Assembly (NCBI RefSeq): GCF_039654945.1
Contig: NW_027361684.1
Span: 16,926,001-16,990,000, forward strand
Direction: 5' to 3'
From: Dendrobates tinctorius
Taxonomy: Eukaryota
Length of the DNA stretch: 64,000 bases
Below, in pieces: positions 25,901 through 37,900 of the stretch. Under the pieces are notes generated by a model. It saw only the letters and a program-made list of their open reading frames with translations, had not been told where the DNA came from and searched no databases. The stretch's first letter is position 1. The number at the start of each line of letters is the position of its first letter. A program made the translations under genes and the position numbers.

Positions 25901-28900
25901 GCTTATGCCTTGTAGGAAAAAACGGCATTATACAATGAGGTGGATTTTTATAATGGTGATTGTGCCCCCCCAAAATTTTCAAATTGCAACACTTTATTTT
26001 AGTAAATGCATAAGCAAAATGTATTACTGTTTCTTGCAATTTATTACACCACTTTACTACTTAAAAATTACCAAAACTTAAAAAAGTCAGGAAGAACTCG
26101 TGGTGAACCTTTAGGCATGAAAAAATTACTTCTTTATGAGTGGATTTTTATGTAAAAGTTGCAAAAAAGTGGCCTACACTAGGCAGAAGATGGCTCTCTT
26201 AAAGTAAAAGTCATGAAACAAATACATCTTTGTTGCAACAATTACATTCATAAAACGTCACAATTTGCAGAAAAATTGTCACTAATGTGCAACTTTTGAC
26301 GTATTGATCTTCTGCTCTTTTCTAACATTGTGAAGTGAACTATCATGCCTAGAAAATTACACTGGTGTAATTTTCTCCAAATACAGTATATAATTCAGCT
26401 TTGATATTTCCTGAAACGTACTACTGGAGTTCAAATGAGTTCACCAAAGATTAAGGGAAAATGGTGCCATTTTTTGTCCATGTGGACTGGAGCCTAAATG
26501 TTCACCTCTCACTTTTATGCTTTGATTGCTGTAACTGTAGAGGGAGGGATCCAGGGTAACCCTCCTCAAGGGCCCATTCACATGGTAATGCAGCAGTCAC
26601 AGATATTATTTTGCAGGACACTGAGCACTTCAAGAAGTAAATATCTATTTAATATGGCATGTGATGGAATATACACTTTTTTTCTTACTTTTATCAGTTT
26701 TATTTCACCATTAATCCTAAGAACAAGGGTTCCAAAATCACCAGTGTGAATGGAGCTGGAGTGGTTAATGCTCAAGCACTGTTCTTTTCACTCCTGTGTG
26801 ACAGAGAGGGTACATTGGGACCTGTATTATGAGACCGGCATGAGGACAGTCGAAACCCCACCGTGTTAGATGTGTTTAGTAGAAAAAAATTTAAACAAGT
26901 GGAGGACTATGGCAGGGATCAAAGCCATAGCGCACCACAATACGCATACTGTCTCCTCATCCAAGCTCAACAACCTCATAGGCATAAGAGAAACACACTT
27001 GTTCCGGGTATTGAGGTCCGTATACAGATTGTGAAATATGGCCATCTGAACCAGGCCTAACACTTACATGACCCGCAATGGTCTCTGCAAGTTCCTAATA
27101 TAAGCAGAAATTTACCTTCCTAAAGGTGGTCTAAGTCAGTGAAGGTTTAATTGTTCCACTCTAAGGTGACCCCTCCAGTCTTGGGGTGCCCCCAAGAAAA
27201 CTGAGACCCGAGGCAATTGTCCATTTTTTACTTCTGTAACGTAGGAGGCAACTACTAAATTGTGTGCTTTACTCTACAGCGTATCTTCATGATCTGGGAA
27301 TCATACACAGAGATGTTAAGGTAAGATTACAAACTATCACAAAAGATTTATTGTCTCCAGACTACTTACTGAATTGTGCTCACACTAAATTATTTAGGGG
27401 TGGTCCGAAATCAAACGAAATTTAATTCTAAATCCCTATCTATTTAGAACCATAATCTAAGCTATTTTCTAGTATACTTTAATTAAATATTGCCTACCAT
27501 TCCCTTACTACACTATCTAACTGCTATTCTTTTTTTTCCCCCTATTTCCTGTGTGATGACTTTGTCCCTGCTGTGGCCTTCTCTGCGAGCTGTGAACTGT
27601 GCAATCTGTTGTAGCGGCTCGAAACAGTAATAATGAGCCGGCAACAGAGCGGTGTGAGAATACCAGGTATGCAGGAGACCAGTGATGTCACTAGCGGTTG
27701 TGGCGCTAGTCTCCTGCACTCTGGGGGTTCTGACACCGCTCTGCTGCCAGCTGATTATTACTGATCTGATCCAACAGCAGACTGTCACTGTGTAGATCGT
27801 ACAGTGCACAGCTCGCAAGGAGGGACACAGCAGGGAATAGCACAGCTCCTGAAACGAGTGCCACTGATGACGCTTCGTTTCAGAGAGGACAGCCTCTGCC
27901 CCCTCCTGTAACATTTATATATTTATATGGGTACTATGGAATCGAATCTGATTGCGTGGGATAATAAGAAAATGAGACCAAAGTTGATGCAAATGAGTAT
28001 ATTAACAAGATAAACAAAACTAACAGAGCACTTCCTGCAATAATAACGAAAACACAGCACAATATGGAATAATGCAAGTGAAATAAAACTAACAGAGCAC
28101 TTCCTGCAACACTAACGAATGCACAGCACAATATGGAATTGTCCAGTGTAACTGAAGAGCGGGGCGCGACCACTAATATGAACCAGTCCAACGGTAATAT
28201 GACGCAGGTGTGCACAAGGCACTAAACATAGGAGTCCAGCAGTAAGTATGAGAGTAGGCACACCACGTTTAATAAGGAAGTCCAGCTATATTATGCATGA
28301 GCACGAACACAGCACTAAAGTGTAGAAGTCCATCAATCATATGGGTTGAAATGCACACGGCACTTAAACGTAGAAGACCAGCATTATGCAGGAGTAGCAT
28401 TATCAGGGGAAGGTCACCATATGTACCTTTTTGGGCTGAAAGTCCCCAACAAGTCCAGCACCGCAGCCCAACAAACAAAGACCTAGAGGAGATGGTGATG
28501 TCAGGAATTTGTACAGGCCACAGAAGATCCAGAGGCAATAGTTCCACACTAGAAGTCCAGACAGTAGTTAAGCACAGACAGCATCATGGAGACGCGCAGA
28601 GGACTGTAGGCAGCATAACGTGGAAAGGCAGAGCACCAAGTAATGAGCAGCAGCAGCATGGAGTGCACCAGTAGACAGGCAGGAGCTCAGGAGCCAACAA
28701 CAACAAAATACTCAGGCAAAGAGGAACACACAGTCCGGACTTAAATAATCAGGACAGACAGGAAGTTCCATGACAAGGCGAGATACAAGACTATATCTTG
28801 GATAAGGTCGAACAGGCACAAAGGAAAGTCTGGAATCCTTAAACCTCCTTTGATGACACTTCGTTTGAGTATCTCACGGTGCACTAGGATTTCCAAATGA

Positions 28901-31900
28901 AGCGTAATCACACAGGAAATAAGGGAAAAAACCCCCCAGAAAAGTAGTAAGTGTAGTTAGGGAATGATAGAGATTTTTTAATAAAGGTATATTATAAAAT
29001 ATCTTAGATTATGGCACTAAATAGATTGGAATTTATAATGAAATTTAGTTTAACTTACTGCCACCCCTTTAACTTCTTAAAATAATTGTCTGGAAAGTAA
29101 AAACTTTTTTACAAAATATTTACATTGGTTTGAAAAAAAAATAAATAAAAGTAATACTCACGTTAACGATCCCCCCGGTCATTACCCATTACTGGATGTA
29201 GCAGATGTAACAGGACATCAATGCTGCAGGAGAAAATAAGACCATCAGGAACCAGGCAGCTTTGGAACATTAGCAGCAAGGGATGACAACCCCTTTAAGG
29301 CAAAAAAAAAATGCATCTAACTCATATGCAATTTCATTAAAGGAATTTTCCAATCTGGCCAACTCTCTTTCTAAATGCATTCTCCATAGCCACCAGTCCA
29401 TCGCTGCATGCGATGCCAGGAAACGCTGTGGTTTGTGCTCTATGGGAAATATTGTGTTACTCTGTGAAACTGTGTAACAAAAGGTCTGACTGCAATGGCT
29501 GTCCCTCTCGATAATACAAGGGGATTTTTAGCTTAATAACAGGACATAGAGTTAGTCATCAGTGGCGGGTTATCTGGGGTAACAATCCTGCCGACCACAA
29601 AAGGGTCAGACACATATGTGGGACATTTTGGGTCACTAATATCAGAATATATGTCTGTCACGTTATCGTTTTGTATCTTTGATGTTTCAGCTTGTCATGT
29701 AATATTTTATATGTGTGGGTTCTTATTATGCATTTTCTAATAACTAACCTGATTCCTTTTCAGATGGAAAACATACTACTAGATGAGAGAGGTAGGTAAA
29801 ACTAGGTCACTTCTAAAACAATTTACTAAATCATATTTGATTCATGCTGTTTGTAGTCACAAAATTGTTAATTTTTTTTAGGACACTTGAAATTGTCAGA
29901 TTTTGGACTTTCCAGACACCTTGCTTTTGGAGAGCGTGCATGTACCATCTGTGGGACCCTTCATTATATGGGTAAGGAAGGGGGGTAGATGGTAATGGGG
30001 ATGGTTTATGTCACGCTTCTTCTTCAGGACGTTTACATGTTGTTGCACATTTTATGTCAACAACATAAATCAATGTTGGGTGACGTGAATATTCTGAGCT
30101 GGAATGTTAGAGGCCTTGCAGCTGATGTTAAAAAACAAGCGATTTTTCAGTTTTTGCACGCAGCGAAACCAACTATAATATGCTTGCAGGAGACTCATAT
30201 GGTCCCAGACAGGATTCACACCCTGAATGGGCGTTGGATACAAGAGAGCTATAATGCTACGTACTCTGCCTATTCGAGGGGAGTAAGTATCTTGATGTGT
30301 AAGGGAACGAAGTTTGGAAAGCTCAACGTGATCATTGACCCGGAGGGGCAGTACCTGTGTCTATTATGCAAACTTAGTGGTAGGCCTATACTGCTCATAT
30401 CTGTGTATGTTCCGCCACCGTATAACAATACACTGTTCTTGAAAATACTTGAAATTATCGCGGGCTTCCCTGGAGTCCCGTACTTGGTGGTGGGGGATCT
30501 AAACAAAGTACCTGACTCTCATTGGGATAGAGGTAGGGGAGAGGAAATGAAATCGGTGGGTAGCTGTACTCCATTTGGTGCTTTGTTGAGAGAAACATCT
30601 ATGATTGATCTCTGGAGGGTCCGAAACCCGGGGGTGCGTAGATTCTCGTGCTTCTCAGTGACTTTTTCTTCTTTGTGAAGGATCTATCTGGCGTTGGGGG
30701 ACAACCAGTTGTTAAGACTTGTGACACATGTGGGATATTTGACTAGAACGGTGTCTGACCATTCTCCTGTGTATGTCGTACTTGGTGAGCAAGGTCAGAT
30801 AATGAATAACAAACTTCCTTGGCGACTAAACCCCTTCTGGCTGCAGTTAATTGATAAAGGAGGTGATCTAGAGAAAGAGTTCTTCAAGGTTAATAGTGGT
30901 ACGGCCCATGAGGGAGTTGTTTGGGAGGCCATGAAAGCTTTCTTTAGGGGGCTTTGTATTAAAGAAATATCTAGGGTTCAGACGAATACTAAGCAGGAGG
31001 ATCAATGGGTATTCAGAGAACTGAGAGAGGCGGAGGAGGATATGACCTTGAACCCATCCACTCGGGTAGAGGAGAGGCTTAAAAAGGCTCAGGTTGGAAT
31101 AAATGCGCTCTCCTTACGGATGGCGGAATGAAAAAAGATGTTCCGAACTATGCAATACTTTGAAGAAGGAGAGAGAGACGGTCATCTCCTGGCCCTAGTG
31201 GCTGCTGCACAGAGAGACAATGCTTATATAATTGCCTTGAGGGGAGTCGATGGGCAGGAGGTTAGAGATACTGCGGGCATACTAGAGGTGATGGAGGGTT
31301 TTTATATTAATTTATATAGATCACAGGCACATCCGACAGATACAGAGATTAATGATTTCTTGGTCAGAGCTGAGCTTCCCAGATTGTCTGCAGAGAATCA
31401 GCAACTATTGGATAGACCGTTTAGCTTGGAGGAGTTGGAGGTAGCGTTGGCCTCTATGGCTAATGAAAAGGCTCCAGGGATGGATGGCTTACCTGGTGAA
31501 GTATACAAAAAATATGGGAAATTTTTGCTACCTGCTTTGCTGGAAGTATATAAGGCAGGGTTGGATAGAGGTGAACTTCCACGGTCCATGCGGGAGGCAA
31601 TTATTGTTGTGCTCCCTAAGAAAGGCAAGGACCTTACTGACCCGGCATCGTATCGCCCAATCTCACTACTAACGACGGATGCAAAACTTCTGGCTAAAAT
31701 GATGGCTAACCGTCTTAATAAAGTTATAACATCTATAGTGCATGGGGATGAGGTAGGCTTTATACCTAACAAGTCCACAGCGACGAATTTGAGGAGACTT
31801 TTTATTGCAAGTGAAGGCGGATCGTGACGGGCATAGAGCAATCTTGTCGTTGGACGCGGCCAAAGCATTCGATAGCGTAGAATGGAAATACTTGTGGGCT

Positions 31901-34900
31901 ACGTTGCAGCACATGGGCTTTGGGGAAGTGTTTATCAAATGGGTTCAGTTGCTATATACTGCTCTTAGGGCCAAGGTACGTGTAAATGGGCAAATGTCTG
32001 AGGGGTTTTCCTTGTTTAGAGGCACCCGACAGGGATGCCCTTTATCCCCTTTATTGTTTGCTATAGCAATATAGCCACTGGCAGCAGTGATTAGAAGGGA
32101 CCAAAATATTGTAGGATTTAAATATGGGATACATGAGGAAAAAAGTGGCACTCTATGCTGACAACATGTTGCTATTTTTGGGAGATGCGGAAGGTTCCTT
32201 GGGGAGGGTGATGAGGGTTCTAGACGAATATGCCGGTATATCTGGGATCTGCATTAATTGGGATAAGTCCGTTTTGTTGCCGCTGGGTGGTTGGACTCTT
32301 GTAGGAGATCAGCCAACTCCGGTTCAAGTGGTTACAGAATTCACTTACTTGTGCATTAGGGTGTCAAATAATATTGAAGATTATGAAAGACTTAATTTGA
32401 ACCAGCTGCTAGGTAAATTTAAACAGAAAATTACAGCATGGAGGAAATTAAATTTGGCAGGGCGTGCTAACTTAATAAAGATGATACTTATGCCTCAGCT
32501 TTTGTATGTGCTACACAATGCACCGGTTTGGCTGCCTCAAAATAGATTTTATAAATTTAACGCCATTTTCTGTGATTTGATATGGAAAGGAGATTGAGCT
32601 CGTATTAAGTTGGAACTGTTGCAACGTCCAAAAGATGATGGAGGTTTGGCGGTTCCCAACCCATGGCTGTTGTGAACTCATTATCTGGTTTACCTCTGGC
32701 TTCTAGTGAGAGTGGCGGAGCTGGCTGTGTTGACAGAGGAGTCGTGAGTTCTCCATCCGGGCTCCCTCTGGTGGTGACAGTAGTAATGAAGCTGATCTAA
32801 ATGGCAGAGACCTGCCACCTGAGGAGGAGGACTGTGATTGGACATCAGGAGTCTCTGATTGGATTTAAGACAGCCGACTCCCTAATTCTGTGCTGGTGAT
32901 TTTTTCCTGCCCTGAGGTTCTGGTTTCCCGTTCTGTTCCCGTCTTCTCAAGCTAAGTGTGCTCTGCTATTTTTCACATGAGATTTGGTCTGGTTTACTCA
33001 GTTTTTGTGGTCAGCCAGCCCCTGCTGGAGCTGTGCTGAATTTCCATTCTTATGTCTCTGTTTATGCCAGTTTGCTTTTTGTCCCTGATCAGATTTGTCT
33101 CTTTTCGCTCTGTCTTCAGAATATACCAGAGTGCTGATATAGGGAATTAAAGTCTAGCGACTTCAGGGTTTTTGTTATCAGAAAGTGTTGGACATTTTTT
33201 GGCAGGATTTTTGTGCGTGATTGCAGACAGCATCTTTCCTTTCTAGTTAGTGTGGGCCCCATCGTTTGCTCAGCCTATTTTTCTATCTGTGTTTGTGTTT
33301 TCATCTTGTCTCACCGACAATACATGTTTGGGGGCTGTCTATTGCTTTGGGGTCTGCTCTGGGGCAGTTTAGATTTCCCCTTTTCTTGCTTTAGGCTTAT
33401 TTAGTTCTCCGGCTGTGACGAGGCATCTAGGATCATCTTAGGTACGCTCCACGGCTACTGCTAGTTGTGTGGATTGGTTCAGGGGTCTGCAATCCGCTTA
33501 GCTATCAACCTCTCTGGTATTCTGTGGCTTAGCTTGTTTTTGTTTTTCCTCCTCGGTGACTCATTCATAACACATGGCTCTATTATATTGGGTCCCAATG
33601 CCAGAATTTGATAGGATGGGGGGATCATGATCTTATAAGCTCAGTGGGGAAGGTTATTTCTCATGTGGTAGGGAGGGTCCCGCTGCTGGCTGCTCTGGAG
33701 GTTGGTAAATTTCGTCTGAATCTAAAAAGTTTCCAACTTTGGCGTTGCTTGAAAAATTGTGGAAAAAATAAAGCTATGGAGGGGTATAGAGGAATACACG
33801 AGATACAGAGCCATTTGGTTTGACCCCCGGCTGACTGAACTGCTAAGTCTACGGAATTTTGGACAGTGGAGAAGAATAGGTATATGGTATGTGTCGCAGT
33901 TGCTAGATGTTGAGCCATTTAAAACACTTATGGAAGAGTTCCCTTTGGAGCATACTATGTTTTACCAGTATCTGCAGCTGCGACACGCATTCTCTAAACA
34001 GTGGAGAAGGTCACCGATAGTGATACAAAATGACAGTATTTTGAATATGCTTGGCCCCCAGAGGGGTACTAGGGGTCTTATATTGACAACCTACAGGGGA
34101 TTGCTGGGTACGTTTTTGGATAGACACCTATTGATGGCTAGATCCAAATGGACAAGGGATTTGGGAGACATATCGGATGAGCAGTGGGAGTCGGTTTTAC
34201 AATATGTCCCTAGAATATCTATAAGTGAATCTGGGAGGGTGTCACAGTTATACACTATACATAGGGTATACAGGACACCTGTGTGGATGAAAAAGGCAGG
34301 ACTAAGGGCAGACTCTGGATGTCCGAGATGTACGATGGATGAAGCTGATATTATTCATATGCTATGGTCTTGTCCAAGATTACAGGCATTTTGGATTGGG
34401 GTCCTGGTTTTGGTGGAAAGAGTGACGGAAGCAAATATTACTTGAGATCCATTGACGTGTATTTTAGGACATGTAGAGGACGTGGCGTCGGATGAATGGA
34501 GTAGGCTAGCAATAGCCAGATTTCTTTATGTTGTAAGGAAGACTATCACATTGCACTGGTTAGATGAAAATCCTCCTACCAGGAAGGAATTTGTAAATAG
34601 AGTTAATTTTGTAATCCTTATGGAGCGAAGCGTATACATGAAAAGAGGCAAGATGAACCACTACGTGAATATCTGGGGGGGCTGGTTGGACTTTCCTGGA
34701 TTGGCTTCCGCAGAACTCGTCAAAAATAGGTTATTAGGGTTATAAAAAAGTGTACAGCATTGTAATGCATGGATAAGGATTGTAGATGCATGACAGGGGG
34801 GGGTTTCTTGTTATGGGAAGGGGGAGGGATGTGTTTGGTGTTTTTGCATTTATCAAAAAATGGGAAAAGTATTATAATTTGTACTCTAATGTATACTTAT

Positions 34901-37900
34901 ATATGTAATACTATCCTGTATGCTTTCTTGAATAAAAAGTATTTGATTTAAAATAAAAAAGAAAATTCTTTTCACTCTCTCAAACATGGAGGGATTTTTA
35001 ATTTTATTGTTTAATGCTCGTTGTGTAGATTACCAGTCACCGATGCAATCCAGCTCTTTTTAATAGAGATTGTAAGCACTTCTCTAAAGCTGGCCGGATA
35101 GCATAACTCAGCCAACTTTAGGGTTCCTGCACTCCTCCGATTACTTAAGAGTCCTTGCTGCCTTTCTTTGCAGTATTGGTGAGAGCACAGTTTGGGCCAA
35201 CACTGCAACCATGCCGCTGTTCAGCACTTAAGGCTTATAATGTCATACAATATAAATGATGCAGTGACTGATTTTTGCATTTGCTTTCTTAGCACCTGAG
35301 GTTCTTTCTGGGGGTCCTTATAGTCATTCTGCTGATTGGTTTTCCTTTGGAGTCTTATTATTTGCACTCGCAGCTGGAGAGGTAAGAAAATTAATCTAGA
35401 ATGAAACATGAAACAACTTTGCCAATAGTTACAGTGGGGAAAAAAAGTATTTAGTCAGTCAGCAATAGTGCAAGTTCCACCACTTAAAAAGATGAGAGGC
35501 GTCTGTAATTTACATCATAGGTAGACCTCAACTATGGGAGACAAACTGAGAAAAAAAAATCCAGAAAATCACATTGTCTGTTTTTTTTTTCATTTTATTT
35601 GCATATTATGGTGGAAAATAAGTATTTGGTCAGAAACAAGCAATCAAGAATTCTGGCTCTCACAGACCTGTAACTTCTTCTTTAAGAGTCTCCTCTTTCC
35701 TCCACTCATTACCTGTAGTAATGGCACCTGTTTAAACTTGTTATCAGTATAAAAAGACACCTGTGCACACCCTCAAACAGTCTGACTCCAAACTCCACTA
35801 TGGTGAAGACCAAAGAGCTGTCAAAGGACACCAGAAACAAAATTGTAGCCCTGCACCAGGCTGGGAAGACTGAATCTGCAATAGCCAACCAGCTTGGAGT
35901 GAAGAAATCAACTGTCGGAGCAATAATTAGAAAATGGAAGACATACAAGACCACTGATAATCTCCCTCGATCTGGTGCTCCACGCAAAATCCCACCCCGT
36001 GGGGTCAGAATGATCACAAGAACGGTGAGCAAAAATCCCAGAACCACGCGGGGGGACCTAGTGAATGAACTGCAGAGAGCTGGGACCAATGTAACAAGGC
36101 CTACCATAAGTAACACACTACGCCACCATGGACTCAGATCCTGCAGTGCCAGATGTGTCCCACTGCTTAAGCCTGTACATGTCCGGTCCCGTCTGAAGTT
36201 TGCTAGAGAGCATTTGGATGATCCAGAGGAGTTTGGGGAGAATGTCCTATGGTCTGATGAAACCAAACTGGAACTGTTTGGTAGAAACACAACTTGTTGT
36301 GTTTGGAGGAAAAAGAATACTGAGTTGCATCCATCAAACACCATACCTACTGTAAAGCATGGTGGTGGAAACATCATGCTTTGGGGCTGTTTCTCTGCAA
36401 AGGGGCCAGGACGACTGATCCGGGTACATGAAAGAATGAATGGGGCCATGTATCGTGAGATTTTGAGTGCAAACCTCCTTCCATCAGCAAGGGCATTGAA
36501 GATGAAACGTGGCTGGGTCTTTCAACATGACAATGATCCAAAGCACACCGCCAGGGCAACGAAGGAGTGGCTTCGTAAGAAGCATTTCAAGGTCCTGGAG
36601 TGGCCTAGCCAGTCTCCAGATCTCAACCCTATAGAAAACCTTTGGAGGGAGTTGAAAGTCCGTGTTGCCAAGCGAAAAGCCAAAAACATCACTGCTCTAG
36701 AGGAGATCTGCATGGAGGAATGGGCCAACATACCAACAACAGTGTGTGGCAACCTTGTGAAGACTTACAGAAAACGTTTGACCTCTGTCATTGCCAACAA
36801 AGGATATATCACAAAGTATTGAGATGAAATTTTGTTTCTGACCAAATACTTATTTTCCACCATAATATGCAAATAAAATGAAAAAAAAACAGACAATGTG
36901 ATTTTCTGGATTTTTTTTCTCAGTTTGTCTCCCATAGTTGAGGTCTACCTATGATGTAAATTACAGATGCCTCTCATCTTTTTAAGTGGTGGAACTTGCA
37001 CTATTGCTGACTGACTAAATACATTTTTTCCCCACTGTATGTTTCAAAATTTTTGATAATTTTGTGCCCATCGTTCTTGTGCAGGTTTTTGTGTCTCAGT
37101 GTTAAAGGGGTTATCCACTACTTGGACAATCACTTCTCAGTTTCTGCATTACCCCTTATAAAAAAAATACCACCTATACTCACCTCCGGCGCCAGTGTCG
37201 TTCCAGCGGTGTCAGCACTGGCTCTCCCTGGGGCTTGCATTACGTTGGTATGTCATGCAAGCCCTGCTGTCTGAGTGTCAGTTTTATACGAAGGAAGTGA
37301 GAGCAAAGAGGCCGCTGATTGACTTCAGGGCTTGCATATCACAACGTCACGGGAGGCCCAGGAGAGCCAGTACTCTCATCCTTGGAATGACATCGACGCT
37401 GGAAGTGAGAATAGTCAGTTGTTAGTGTATAAGGGAGAATATAGCAATAAAGAAGAGGAAGAAGAGGTTGTCTAAGTAGTGGAGCCCTTTAATATAATAA
37501 AAGCACACCCTGAATCGTCTGATTCTGCATTTATATGGTCATCTGTCCACTACTTCTTGCTAACCTACTTCTTCTATACCTTTTAGTTTCCTGTTGCCTC
37601 CACCATAGACCATATGAGCATGCTGGAGAGGGTTAATGATGCATCATACGACGTTCCTGAGACTGTTAGCCGATCTCTATCACATCTTTTAAAAGAGGTA
37701 CTAATGAATGTTAAAAGTCCACCAATCATGGCCATAACATAAATTAATAGTGATGCTTGATAACTAATTGTTCTCCATGGTGCTGAAAATTTTAGGGAAT
37801 GCGATCACTAAACAGATAGTGTCCAAAAATAGTCTCCTTTATCATGTTGTCATGGTGAAAAATGTGTGCGCTGGTCAATGAGTACCCTAGATATCCTGAG

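Noticed and set aside
26838-26862. ATGAGGA-cagtc-GAAAC motif
   Set aside because: No stem I or III and no NUH cleavage triplet; likely chance.
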